A stretch of DNA of 64,000 nt from positions 48,388,496 to 48,452,495 of the forward strand of contig NC_083431.1 of assembly GCF_020745735.1 (NCBI RefSeq), written 5' to 3'. A program made the position numbers and the translations under genes. Source of the stretch: Hemiscyllium ocellatum. Lineage: Eukaryota. Shown in pieces: positions 1 to 11,704 of this stretch. The notes below the pieces were generated by a model. The model searched no databases and was not told the origin of the DNA. It saw only the letters and a list, made by a program, of their open reading frames with translations. Numbering within the stretch: the stretch's first letter is position 1; every line of letters starts with the position of its first letter.

Positions 1-1
1 G

Positions 2-330
2 ATAGCTGCTTTGAACTTCTATGTGACTGTCTCCTTCCAGGGAGCAGTGAGTGGGCTCTCTCAGTCATATTTCCAAAATTCATCAGGACAATGACCAATA
101 CCATCCATGCGAGATCATGATAGTTCATTTTATTTACCCCATGACAAGTACAATGCTGCAGCCCAGACAATCTGAGCCAGGAACAGACTCTCTTTCCCCA
201 CCCCGGTGCAGATTCTTACTGACCATACACATATGGCAGTGAGAGGGCCGTTTCACAATGCTGAGGAATTCATCATTAAGAAAGTTTTCTTCCTGGAGAT
301 GTGTGCCCACTTACCCTGGCATCTGCCTAA
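2..330 (+). pseudogene. Degraded PIF/Harbinger (HARBI1-like) DDE transposase fragment
   Basis: Translates to IAALNFYVTVSFQG... and VQILTDHTHMAVRGPFHNAEEFIIKKVF..FLEMCAHLP. These match the Harbinger motifs ALNFYAxGSFQ, VQGxIDCTHVAI, FxNRKGF and VCARYPG. Contains stops and a deletion. Confidence 0.75.
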
Positions 331-1006
331 CAACTTGGAAATCAGAAACAATACAGGACAAATATCCAACAGTCATTGTTTTGCAATGTACCTGCAATGA
401 AAATGTAAAGCTTTCAAACTTATTACCAGGCTATTGCTTTTGTAAATGTTTGGATTTTCAGATCAAGTTATTGTCAATTCAGTTTGCAGCTACAGTACCA
501 TAATGACAGTCAGCTAATATGTAAAAAACATCATAACATTCAGATAGTATTTGTTGACATATTTAAGTACCTAAAACAGAGGCAATTCCAACAGCAGAAT
601 ATGCTTGTTCAGAGGCAGCCCTACTGACGCATGTTAGTTGGCAGGCAGCACCAAATACTCTATTCTGCCAATTCTTCCTATCTTCTAAAATATGCATACG
701 ATACATAATAACTATAAAGCATACTCTAATAATTACAAAATATAACTGCTGTATTACATAGTTACATCCTGATAAATACATAAAATGGCTATGCCAAGAA
801 ATATTTTACTTGGACTACAGCTTATTTAAAACTGTAGATAAAGGTTCCCCTGAGCCTTTTGTGAGCTTTCCCTGTAAATAACTGGAAGGAGTCAGTAATA
901 ATGCCAGCACATAAATTCTTCTGAGGATGCTCAGTTTGGGTGCTGCCAAAACCACTCAGCTCAAGATGTCAGCTCAGACTTGACTTAAAAAAAAGACATA
1001 AATAAA

Positions 1007-1310
1007 GCATTGCATTTCCTTAATACCTTTTGTAACCTCAAACATCCCAAAGCATTTTATAGCCAGTTAAGTATCTTGATGCATAGCAAATACAGTCGCC
1101 AATTTGTACAAAGCAGAATCTCACAAACAGCAATGGGATTAATAACGAAAACTTGATGTAGTGACATTGCTCTCAGGTTAAATATGACAGGGAAGAATAA
1201 TCCCACACTTCTTCAAGTAACACAATGGGATCTTTCACATCCATCTGATAGATCAAGGACCTATTTAATATTGTGTCTGAGAAGTGGCCCTTCAGCTATT
1301 GAAGCAGTTT
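1007..1310 (-). mobile_element. Old Deu-domain SINE (SacSINE1/AmnSINE-like)
   Basis: gccaatttgtacaaagcagaatctcacaaacagcaat...atgggatctttcacatccatctga resembles the reverse complement of the Deu domain; highly diverged. Confidence 0.6.
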
Positions 1311-1519
1311 AACAACAGCATCACCAGTGCCAAATTTTTAATTGTCATTGTCACAGCAAGGGGCAGGAAGTTCCAGCAGGCTGAAGCTGAACTGATTTAG
1401 TCAAATTAACAGTGACTTTGTGACTATAAGATCAGGGCAGAAACTAAGCACTCTGCAATGAGCAGCTTACCTTTTGACCATGTGAAGTCAGTCCATATCT
1501 ACAAGGCACTATCAGAACT

Positions 1520-1880
1520 GTGGTGCAATACTGTACAATTGTCTGGATGAGTCCAATTCCAATAATATTCGAGAAGGTTGCCACAGTCCAGTTCAAAACA
1601 GTCCATTAAACTGGCAGCCCACCCACATTTTAAAGCATTCACTCCATCCACAGTGATTACAGTGACAGCCAACCATTCCCCTCAAAGACACAGATTATTC
1701 TTAGTTCAAAATTTATCACTGTTCCTTCACTGTCGCTGCCTCAAAAGTTATGGAGCACCCTCTCGAGCATCTTTGTTTTTACTTGGATTGCTGTGGTTCA
1801 AGGAGGTAGGCTTCCCAACAACTTCTTGGGATGGGCAATAAAAGCTTGTCTTGCCAGCTATGCTCACATCCCACTAATAT
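1520..1880 (+). mobile_element. 3' end of CR1/L2-clade LINE (second family)
   Basis: gttccttcactgtcgctg...gggatgggcaataaa...cttgccagctatgctcacatccc is homologous to the reverse complement of 4720-5210. Confidence 0.6.
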
Positions 1881-2009
1881 TTTTTTACAATTCTGTCCTG
1901 AATTGTAACAATACTAAACAAACCTAAGATCTCAATGCTCTACCAATGGGCGAGGGCTGATTTAATGCAACTGAAGAATACATCACAGAATTAACAGCAG
2001 TGAGGCTGT

Positions 2010-3240
2010 GCCAGTCAAAAACAACCACCTAATTATTCTAATCCCACTTTCCAGTACTTGGCACATAGTCTTAAATGGTCAGGCAGCATCCGAGGAGCAG
2101 GAAAATCAACATTTCGAGCAGGAGACCTTCATCAGGAAGACGGGCTCCTGCCCGAAACGTCGATTTTCCTGCTCCTCGGATGTTGCCTGACCTGCTGTGC
2201 TTTTCCACGACCACTTTAATCTTGACTCTAATCGCCAGCATCTGCAGTCCTCACTTTCACCTTTCACATAGCCTTAAATGCCTTGGCAGCATAACTCTAC
2301 ATATAAATACTTTAAAAATCATATGAGGATTTCTGCCTTCACAACCCACCATCCTCTGGTCAAAACATTTTTCCTCTCATCCTCTTTAAGGAAAACAACC
2401 CCAGTCTGTCCATAACTAAAACTCTTCAGCCGAGGCCACATCCTGGTAAATCCCCACTGCATTCTCTCCATTGCTATTATACCACTCCTATAATGTGGAT
2501 TCTAGAACTGCCACAATGTTTTAGTATGGTCGAACAACTTTTTATCGTCCAATATAACCTCCTTACTCTTAATCTCTATGCCTTGACTAATAAAGGCAAG
2601 TATCCCATCTACCTTCTTAACCACTTCATCCACTTGTTCTGCTAAGGGGCATGCACACAAAGGGCCCGTTAATCCTCGATGCCTCCCAAGGTCCTACCGT
2701 CCATCATATATTTCCTTGACTTGCAGAGTCATACAGTCATATAGCATGGAAACATATCCATCGGTCCAACACAGCTTGATTGTCCCATCCAAGTTCGTCA
2801 CCTCACAATTATCTGGGTTGAATTCCATTTGCTACTGATCAGCTCATCTGACAAAACTCTCCATCCTCCTGTAAATTTTTGCCCACTCACTTAATTGATC
2901 GATATTCTTCTGTAGCCCCCTCATGTCCTCTTCACAATTTACTTTCCACTTACCTTTGAGTCATTAGCAAATTTAGCAACCATACATTCAAGATATTTAA
3001 GTAAATTATAAAAAGTTGAGGCCCCAGCATTGATGTCTGTTGCACATCACTCGTTATATCTTACCAACCAGAAAATTACCCATTAATGCCTCTGTTTTCT
3101 TTCCTAATAGCTAGTTTTCATGTCCTTCTATGTCGATATGTTAGCCTCTACACCATCAGCTTTTATCTTTTGTAATAACATTTGATGTGGCATCTTATTA
3201 AATGCCTTAAACACAACATGGTTCTCTCTATCCAATACAT
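2010..3240 (-). mobile_element. Old CR1 LINE fragments, interrupted by a fold-back element
   Basis: Reverse-strand CR1 RT and 3' sequence (ggaaaacaaccccag, gggttgaattccatttgc, gcaaatttagcaaccatac). Confidence 0.6.
2078..2264. mobile_element. Fold-back hammerhead-bearing short element (Penelope-related, non-autonomous)
   Basis: Inverted arms (ggtcaggcagcatccgaggagcagg / cctgctcctcggatgttgcctgacc) with central hammerhead-like cores. 16-bp TSD cacatag(t/c)cttaaatg at 2062-2077 and 2265-2280. Confidence 0.8.
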
Positions 3241-3244
3241 GCGA

Positions 3245-3360
3245 ATTGCAGGGTTACCGGCTTAGAGTCTGGGTGGGATACTTTTTGGAGGGTCTGTGCG
3301 GATTCAATGGGCTGAATGGCCTGCTTCCACACAGTAGGGATTGTATGATTCTATTAGATT
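3245..3360 (+). mobile_element. HE1/V-SINE 3' fragment
   Basis: gtctgggtgggatac...gggctgaatggcctgcttccacacagtagggattgtatgattcta tail. Confidence 0.7.
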
Positions 3361-3831
3361 AAGATATGTGGACAATTGCAAGACAGTTGGGAAAATAGGT
3401 AAGAATGGAAATATCAGGTGAAATTTCTGATTTTCCCTTTAAACTTCAGGGGAGACTTCTGAATCTTGCTAATGAACAGTGACCACATGATGTACCTGCA
3501 TTGGCACCTCACTGATAGTTGATCCTGCCTCTTTTCTAAGCAGCTCCACATCGTCCTTGAGAAACTAGACATAATGGCTGATATAAAGTCAGAGCAGTTC
3601 CCTGGTGCAAAAGCTCTCCACTTGCCTCTTTGGCCTTCATTTATTTGTATACCATGACCACCTCCCGAAGTATCCAATGGGCACAATCCTGTCCATCCAA
3701 TTCGGCATCATCAAACCACATCACTGTAGCTGCTTTCGGCAGAATTCACTCACCACCTCATCCTGTCAGAACACCATTACGGTGCTCATGGATATTTGTG
3801 CCTTACATGCTTCTGCCAGATCACTTTCATA

Positions 3832-3869
3832 TACACACACACTGACACACACGCGCACGCACACACACA
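3832..3869. repeat. Imperfect (CA)n microsatellite
   Basis: tacacacacactgacacacacgcgcacgcacacacaca. Confidence 0.8.
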
Positions 3870-4217
3870 GAAAATATTCCTCTTAGCCTGTGTTCTCAGT
3901 GCTCACTCACTTCTATAGTCGATCAAATGAAAAGGCTTCTACTCCATCAATGTCTATCACATCTGTGACCAATGATATCAGCTTCTGGAGGAGTGTCATA
4001 GATACCTCGGAAGCTGCTATGATATGTATGTTCTCAGATTGCTGCATCCTTCCAAAATCCTTAGGCCATCCAAGGAATGCTGTTGAGAGACAAGGACTGG
4101 CCCTTTCAAATATGGTTGAAAACATTGTTGGCGAAAACCTCAACTGACGTAGAATGACGGTACAATGTTGTACATGCTTCCATCAGGGCCGTAATGCAGC
4201 AAGCCTGGGAATTCTTA

Positions 4218-4554
4218 AGAATTAGAATTCCTACTGTGCGGAAACTGGCCTTTCAGCCAACAAGTCCACACTAACCCTCCGAGGAGTATGCCACCTAGAA
4301 CTACACCCCTACGTTTACTCTTTACTCATGCACCTATCCGACACATCCCTAAACACTATGGGCAGCTTAGCATGACCAATTCACCTGACCTGCACATCTT
4401 TGGACTGTGGGAGGCAACCGGAGCACCCGGAGGAAACCCACGCAGACACGGGGAGAATGTGCAAACTACACACAGACAGTCACCTGAGGCTGGAATCGAG
4501 CCCGGGTCGCTGGTGCTGTGAGACAGTGATAACCACTGAGCCACCGTGCCGCCC
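4218..4554 (-). mobile_element. HE1/V-SINE tRNA-derived SINE, full length
   Basis: On the minus strand: A box TGGCTCAGTGG, B-box-like GGCTCGATTCC, V-domain (gtttgcacattctccccgtgtctgcgtgggtttcctccgggtgctccgg) and a CR1-like tail. Confidence 0.9.
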
Positions 4555-4704
4555 CAGATAAGGTTCTGATGCCTGTATGGCTTTGGTAGAACCTTGGAAA
4601 ATAATCCAGAAAGTACATGCTGCATCATAACTAGAACTAACAAATGAAGGGTGGCCTGAAGGCAGGAAAAATGGGCAAGTGACAGCAATTCTCTGTGAAT
4701 TTTT

Positions 4705-6227
4705 AAAAAGAATTTATCCATTTGCAGGTTACGGATGCCATGGCTGACTGGCATTTATTGCCCATCCCTGGTTGCCCTGGAGAAGGCGATGGGGAGCTGC
4801 CTGCTTGAACCACTGCAAGTTCACGGGCTGTGGGTTGACCCACAATGGCCTTAGGGAGGGAATGCCAGGATTTTGACCCAGTGAAAGTGAAGGAACCATG
4901 ATATATCTCCAAGTCAGGATGGTGAGTAGCTTGGAGGGGAACCTGAAGGTGGCAGTGTTCCCATGATTCTACTGCCATTGTCCTTCTAGATGGAAGTGGT
5001 TGAGGGTTTGAAAGTTTTTGTCTGAGGATCTTTGGTGAATTTCTGCAGTGCATCTTGTAGATAGTACATGCTGCTGCTACTGAGCATCAGTAGAGGAAGT
5101 CGATGCTTGTAGATGTCTTGCCAATCAAGCAGGCTGCTTTGTCCTGGATGGTGTCAAACTTCTTAGTTGTTGTTGAGGCTGGGCTCATTCAGGCAAGTGA
5201 GGAGTATTGCAATCTGTTATGAAGTCAAAAGCATGTATGGTCCAGTTAAGAAAGACAGAGCACTTTTCTAAGCTGAGATTTTGACAGCACGTGTCTGTGA
5301 CCAACTGACGGTGTCACAGAGGGTACTGAGAATTGAAAGTATGTAACAATTGGCATAAGTTTATTAACATAAGCTTGGGTTGGGTTGTTTTTTTTTTGAA
5401 GTTAAGGCAACTGGATTTAAATTTAACCAATTAAAATATGTCCAGGATACCCAAGGCCAATTGAGTTTAAATTTGATTATATTGACAAAATCAGACCAAA
5501 GAGATGGCAGGAGTAATGGGATTTATAAAGGAGGTCATTTTGAAAATTGCTCAGAGCTAACTGCCCATCCAGCATGAAAAACTCTCAAAGAAATCTCTAA
5601 GAAGGCACATCTATTTAAAAGTTACCAAGGCATTCGATAGTTAAAAATGCTCACAGTAATGAGTAAAAAGACAACCCAGGAGAAGACAGCAGATTTGGGA
5701 AGAGGAAGGAAGGCTGAAGGAAAAAGAGAAGACCAATTGTGTGGACTTCAAGAGAATAAGTGCTAATTTACTGTTATTATTAATTGTGTTATTGGATAAG
5801 AATATTATTAGAATTGGGGTTTGCTAAGTTAGTGGTTAGTAGTTTTGTTAGTGTTCACTGCTAAGGTTAAATAAATAAATTGTTACCTTTCATTTATATA
5901 GTGGAAATCAGGGATCTTCTTTCATTCACACATTATTAACAAATTACGAGGTGAGGTGATCTTCTCTGGGTGATTATCTTAATTAGCAGAAGGGTTCGAC
6001 TTCCACGTTGTAAGACAACACATTCCTAACTTGACCCTTGTACATGATGGACAGGCTTTGGGGAGTCAGGAGGTGAGTTACTCTCCTCAGTATTCCTAAC
6101 CTCTGACCTGCTGTTGTAGCCATTATATGAGTCCAGTTGAGTTTCTGCTCAATGATAATCACCAGGATGTTGATAGTGGGGAATTCAGTGATGGTAACAT
6201 TACTGAATATCAATGGGCAATGGTTAT
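4705..6227 (-). mobile_element. CR1/L2-clade LINE 3' portion, split by a solo LTR
   Basis: ORF 5983-6285 gives the RT C-terminal IEQKLNWTH..AGQRLGILRRVTHLLTPQSLSIMYKGQVR. The sequence is continuous across the LTR (ggagtattgcaatc | acattcctaacttg). Confidence 0.8.
5215..6015 (+). mobile_element. Solo LTR
   Basis: Starts TGTTATGA and ends gttgtaaga (degenerate ...AACA), with TATAAA at 5524 and AATAAA near 5870. Interrupts a LINE. Related to the reverse complement of 56858-57621. Confidence 0.65.
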
Positions 6228-6794
6228 GGGGAGGATGACATGGACCTGCAAGAATGTGCAAAAGACCTTGATAGAGTTGCAGCATTGAGCTCGAGAGGCT
6301 TGACAGAACCTAATTAAGACACACTTCCAGAAAGAATGAACTAGGTCTGGACTTCCTGAAGATTGGAGGTAAGAATTTCTAATCACAAGCCTTCAACCAT
6401 AAATGACAGTGCATTCCTTCAAATAGCTGAAAGACAGAATACAACACTGTCTACAGAAATGTATTAAATCATACACCCATCCCATGAACGAGAGGGTGGA
6501 ATGTAAGTCCAGATGAACAATGCAGTGCAGTCACTACTACAGCTCCTGTACATTGCCTTTAATAGAAGTGTTATCTACATTAGAATGCAATACCTTTGCT
6601 TCCATCCTCACATGATGACTCAAGGATCCATGACAACTGATGCTATCTCCAGTCAACGAGTCCTTTGCTTGTGAGAAATAAACAATGTATGCTAATTACT
6701 TCTTCCATCCTTGGGATGTGTGTGTGCATGCACCTCCTAAGTGGGGGTGGCTATTGGCAACCGAGCTGTCTTTCTGAGAGAAAGTAGCACTGGA

Positions 6795-7468
6795 GTGAGG
6801 TTGGTTAGTAAGTTTGTAGATGACACCAAAATTGGAGGTGTCGTGGATAATGAAGAAAGTTACCTCAGAGTACAGCAAAACATTGATCAGATGAGCTAAT
6901 GGGCTGAGGAGTGGCAGATGGAGATTAATTTTGATAAATGTGACGTGCTACATCTTGGAAAGGCAAATCAGGGCAGGACTTATACACTTAATGGCAAGGT
7001 CCTGGGGAATGTTGCTGAACAAAGAGACCTTGGAGTGCAGGTTCATAGTTCCTTGAATTTGGGGTACCACGTAGACAGGTTAGTGAAGAAGGCATTTGGT
7101 ATGATTGTCTTTATTATTCAGTGCATAGAGTATAAGAGTTGGGAGGTCATATTGCAGCTGTACAGGTCATTGGTTAGCCACTTTTGAAATACTGTGTGCA
7201 ATTCTGGTCCTTACTATAGGAAGGATGTTGTGAAACTTGAAAAGGTTCAGAAAAGATTTACAAGGATGTTGCCAGAGTTGGAGAGTTTGAGCTATTTTCT
7301 CTGGAGTGTCAGAGGATGACCCTATAGAGATTTATAAAATCATGAGAGGTGTGGACATGGTGAATAGACAAGGTTTTTTCCCTGAGGTGAGAAAGTCAAA
7401 AACTGGAGGGCATAGTTTTAAGGTGAGAGGGGAAATATTTAAAAGGGACCCAAGGGGCAACCTTTTTT
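6795..7468 (+). mobile_element. CR1 LINE RT C-terminal fragment
   Basis: SKFVDDTKIG and ORF 6918 (MEINFDKCDVLHLGK..EQRDLGVQVHSSL); homologous to 32650-33330. Confidence 0.9.
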
Positions 7469-7469
7469 G

Positions 7470-7585
7470 TTATTTCATTGCAGAAGGAGACATCCCACTG
7501 CAAAGTAGGATCGGCATTGGGGTGCTAGATATCTGTGTCCTCACCCCCTTGGAGGAAAGTATTCTTGCCATGGTGGGAGAAGCTA
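7470..7585 (+). pseudogene. Harbinger Myb/SANT accessory gene, second-exon fragment
   Basis: Acceptor-like tatttcattgcag followed by IGIGVLDICVLTPLEESILAMVGE, resembling the TGGGxxDxxxLTPxEExVL motif; compare 36060-36140. Confidence 0.55.
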
Positions 7586-7591
7586 CAAATT

Positions 7592-8610
7592 GTGGGCGGA
7601 GATTTCTGGTTGTCAGTTCAGTGACAGTTTTTATGTAAGGAAGCATGGCTAGCGAGTCAGGTTGAGACATGGCCCAGTCACATTGTCTGTCTGTGAGGCA
7701 TCTGCGGATGAAATTGCGGTGACATCTGTTCTTGGCGAAAACAAAGAACACGGAATGCACCATAAAAGTGTACAGGAAAGCCACACACACCAACCAGGTC
7801 CTACGTTACATTAGCAACCACCTAAACACATACAAGAGAAGCTGCATTAGGACCCTGTTCAAAACGGCTGCAACACATTGTAACAATCCAATCTATGAAG
7901 GGAAGAAGAACACCTCTACAGAGTATTCACCAAGAATGGATATCCTCGCAACTTCATCCACAGATGCCTAAGAGACAAATAACGTGATGGGGCCACACCA
8001 TGTCCTAACTCATTAGCCACGCTACCTTACATAAAAAGTCTCGGAACTGACAGCCAGACTTCTCCGCCCACTGGGATTCGTGACAGCCCATAAACTGACA
8101 GGCACACCCAGACAACAACTCACCAGGACAAAAGACCCTACACCTATCATGCGCAAGGCTAACATAATTTACAAGATTCCATACAAATACTGCACAAAAC
8201 ACTACGTAGGGCAAACAAGCAGACAAATAACAATCTGCATCCATGAACACCAACTAGCCACTAAATGCCATGACCAGCTGTCCCTCGTAGCCATACATAC
8301 AGAAGACAGGGACCACACATTAGACTCAGACAACACAACGATCATGGGATAAGACAAACAGAGGACAGCCAGAGAATTCCTAGAAGCATGACACTCAACA
8401 AGCACTTTGACTTCGAACCAAATGTACCGGCCACTACAACAAACAACCGGAACTGGCAATCAGAAGCAGGGGAAAGGGAACCAAATAAATTCCAGAAGAC
8501 ACTGTAGAGCTTCACAGGAGGCTCCAAAGCACTGAAGATGTCACCCAGGCAGGGGACGAAACATCAGCAGATCAACTTCCCAGTGCAGCAAACATGTCCA
8601 CAACCACAGC
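7592..8610 (+). mobile_element. Penelope-like element (RT thumb + GIY-YIG) with inverted 5' segment
   Basis: VYRKATHTNQVL..HLNTYKRSCIRTLFKTA, NIIYKIPYKYCTKHYVGQTSR..IHEH and REFLEA. 7592-7739 is an inverted homolog of 7927-8071. Terminal hammerhead-like core present. Confidence 0.9.
8529..8568 (+). ncRNA. Degenerate minimal hammerhead ribozyme in Penelope terminus
   Basis: CTGAAGA t GTCACC caggca GGGGAC GAAA C ATC; one stem II mismatch. Confidence 0.55.
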
Positions 8611-9370
8611 TCTATAAAGACACCTAGTGAGTCTCACACAACAATAGGTCCAACTGTGGGTCAGGGAGAAATGCCATTGGCAGTTGGAGGACTGCTGGAG
8701 ACCAGACACTTGCTGAACCCCTGCAGTCTCAAGAATGAGGGACCCTGTCCAAATGCACAGGAAAGAGCATTCCCATTTCTCAGCCTGCCTGCCCAGCCCC
8801 TTCCAAACCTGAGAAGTTCCAGCCAAGGGGGGGGGTCAATTTGCTACTGAAAAGATGACCCTCGGCTGCTTGGCCCCTCCAATCGCAAATCTTAACCAAA
8901 CTTCCAGGTGCAAGGCCAACAGGTTCTCCAATGGAACAGGCTGCCTCCACTCCATGTGCTGAGTGTGTTGTAGCAGGAGAGTGGGGCAAACTCCATAAAT
9001 TTCTGGGAAACTCACAAACCTTTCGTTGCAGCATTTTATATGATGTAAATAGTTTTTCTTTTCCAACAATGCCACATTAAGTATTTGGTTTTCATGCAAC
9101 GTTAGTTCAATAGTTGTTACATTTGATAAACCCTAGTGTTTCACTCCTCATGTGGTTGTCCCTGTATCTATTTTACCTGTACATACTTCACAGCACCCTG
9201 TGTCATCACCCCATTGCCATTAAAGAGGCAAAATTGTTGAGGTGCATGACGAGCCTCAAATACATGATACGGAAGCAGAGTTAGTAATATGCATGCTTGG
9301 CACTGGCTCACTCTGACAACCTGGTTTCTCCCACCCACAGCCTACTGCTGAGCTGACTGTGCATGCAAGA

Positions 9371-10599
9371 TTATACAGCAGTGTGCAGGAAGGTATAACC
9401 TGGACAGTCATTGCTGTAGGATGGCCAGGGAGTAGGGATCCTGCTTGCTTCCATTGGCAGGATTACATGCCTTGGAAGACAATATGAAGACCCAGTGATT
9501 GTTTGCAGATACAGGCCCCTCCCTCGCATATCAGCTCACTTTCCCCACCCATTTTGAGTGCCTTCATAATTGTTCTCTTCAACATTACGCTCCACTCATG
9601 TAGCTTCATGATTGGAACAACAGTGAGTAGTACTGTGCCAGTGGTCTTCAGCCTTAATGTTGACATGCCACTGGGACCCCCAACATCACCCTCTCCTTTC
9701 TAAGTGCCCTTTCTGTCAATCTCACACAGATTTCACACTTGCTGGTCATCACTCAGGATGTACATGGGAGTCCAACTACCCAGTAGCCACCTCTACCCCT
9801 AGCTTCCTTAACTCCAGTGATTGGAGGCAATGGGACGACTGCAGCCCACCCCTTGAGTGACTTGACCTGCCGGTGATAGCGCTGACCCGTCTAGACACCT
9901 GGCTGGTGGGATATACATGTCCTCGACTATGACAATCCCTTTCCCTCGCCACTGGATTGGCTCCTATGGAGACAAATGACTGACCGTGACCCGCTTTCTG
10001 CAGCATACAGGCATAGTCCCCGTGTGCAACACAAGCCCAACTGGGAGCCTCATTGTGGCTGAATCCCCGGACTGGTATTAGAAATTGCCCTTGACAAACC
10101 ATGCTGAGACACCCTGACTGTCAGGTGCCCCCATTAATTTTACAGGGGCCCCAGGATTGTTCCCCACAACTTTCTGATGGTTTGCACTGCTTGCTGCAGA
10201 TGCTGTGCATTTGGCACAAATGTGGGGTTAGATTGACATGCCGACACTAATGCAAGACAAGATGTCAGGCTCTTTTGGTGCAGTGGCAATGTCATTAACT
10301 CAAGACCAAGAGGCCCGGGTTCAAGTTCTACCTGCTGCAGAATTGTGTAATAACATCTCTCAACGGATTAATGAGAAAATATCTGCAAGACAAGATGTAC
10401 ATGCCCTTGACTGAGGATGGTTGCACAGAAGTGTGCAGGAAGGTATAACCTGGACAGACATTGCTGTAGGATGGCCATGGAGTAGGGATCCTGCTTTCTT
10501 GCGTTGGCAGGATTACCTGCCTCGGAGGACAATGTTGTTCCCCTGTGAAGACCCAGTGATTGTTTGCAGATGCAGGCCTCTCCTCACATATCAGCACAC
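9371..10599 (+). repeat. Dispersed direct duplication (~170 bp: 9371-9539 and 10421-10599)
   Basis: Shared gtgtgcaggaaggtataacctggacag...gaagacccagtgattgtttgcagat. The second copy has about 11 extra nt. Confidence 0.9.
10266..10383 (+). mobile_element. Short tRNA-derived SINE (~118 bp)
   Basis: A box TGGTGCAGTGG and B box GGTTCAAGTTC. Perfect 15-bp TSD tgcaagacaagatgt at 10251-10265 and 10384-10398. Confidence 0.8.
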
Positions 10600-11449
10600 C
10601 AACGCACAGCACTTTAGGACTAGGCAAAGCATGTATGCTGCAGGCATACTGGGTGACACCAGGGGAATGTGAGAGAGCATGGGCGCAGCTGTAATGGACA
10701 CCCCGGTAAAAGTTGTGTTATGGGTTCTTGACCCTGTGTAATACCTGTACCGGATGCAGCCATGCAGTGCTGACTGTCAGTGTACCATCCTTGACCAGTC
10801 TGTACTTACTGGACGCATTGCCAGTGCACTGGAGGATGCCAGGATGTTGGTGATGCTTTCATGAAAGTAAAGCATCAATGTCTGTGGTGGAAGGTGCCGG
10901 TGGATTGTGCTCAGCTCCAAAGTTTGTCTGGGGGCAAGATGGGGGAAACCTGCCAAGAATTAGTCTGGTTTCCAAGTTGAGCTTTCCCAATGGCTAGTTT
11001 ATCTGGCGAGTTTAACAAGATTGCAGCCTATGGCAAGGTTGGCTATTAACAAGTTGTTTAACAAGCAATGCAGAGAACTCATCGCTAACCGGCGGAAATT
11101 TCACCACAGTGGTTCAGGAAAGCGAACAAGATCCAGCAAGATTATCTTAATGCCAAATATCTCACCCAATTCTACCACTCATCTCACCATAGCTCACACC
11201 ACTAAGATCCTCGTAGAATTTCATCAGCTGAATGGACATGATGCATGCAACAGCGAGAGCTGCAGTGCATGAGCCTTAGTGAGAGTTGTGTATGATGGAA
11301 GAGTGTGACTGAACATTGGCAGCCCAATGAGAACATAGGGAAATAGTGTCACTCACCTTAGAAGACAGAAGGTAATTAACCCTCTTAATCCTTGCTGGCC
11401 ATTTCTTTTTACCCTGGAGATGGCACTCAGCCAGTTGGCTATCACCATT

Positions 11450-11704
11450 CACAGATTCCCTTTAGTGTGGAAACAGGTCATTTGGCCCAACAAGTTCACA
11501 CCAACCCTCCGAAGAGCAACCGACCCAGACCGATTCCCCTACTATATTATTCTAATTTATCCTTGACTAATGTACCTAACCTATACATTCAGAGGAAACC
11601 CACGCAGACATGAGGAGAATGTGCAAACTCCACACAGTCGCCCAAGACTAGAATCGAACCCAGTGCTGTGAGGCAACAGTGCTAACCACTGAGCCACCAT
11701 GCCA
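11450..11704 (-). mobile_element. HE1/V-SINE with internal deletion
   Basis: Same head and tail as 4218-4554. Confidence 0.85.

Larger units (their letters stand above)
3915..6335 (+). pseudogene. Degraded Harbinger DDE transposase split by SINE, LINE and LTR insertions
   Basis: KGFYSINVYHICD..RYLGSCYDMYVLR (~3930-4040) and GMLLRDKDWPFQIWLKT..E*RYNVVHASIRAVMQQAWEFLR (~4075-4220). Resumes after the SINE as IRF*CLYGFGRTLENNPE (~4557-4612). C-terminal GEDDMDLQE..AREA*QNLIKTHFQ at ~6228-6330. Confidence 0.75.

Noticed and set aside
3890-4147. ORFs 3890(+) and 3913(-) as exons, with an apparent GTGAGT donor near 3910
   Set aside because: A different plus frame carries Harbinger transposase motifs; these ORFs are shadows.
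4500-4554. tRNA genes
   Set aside because: The A/B boxes belong to SINE heads; there is no complete cloverleaf.
9700-10230. Further Harbinger transposase fragment
   Set aside because: Only faint motif echoes; too degraded to list as a feature.
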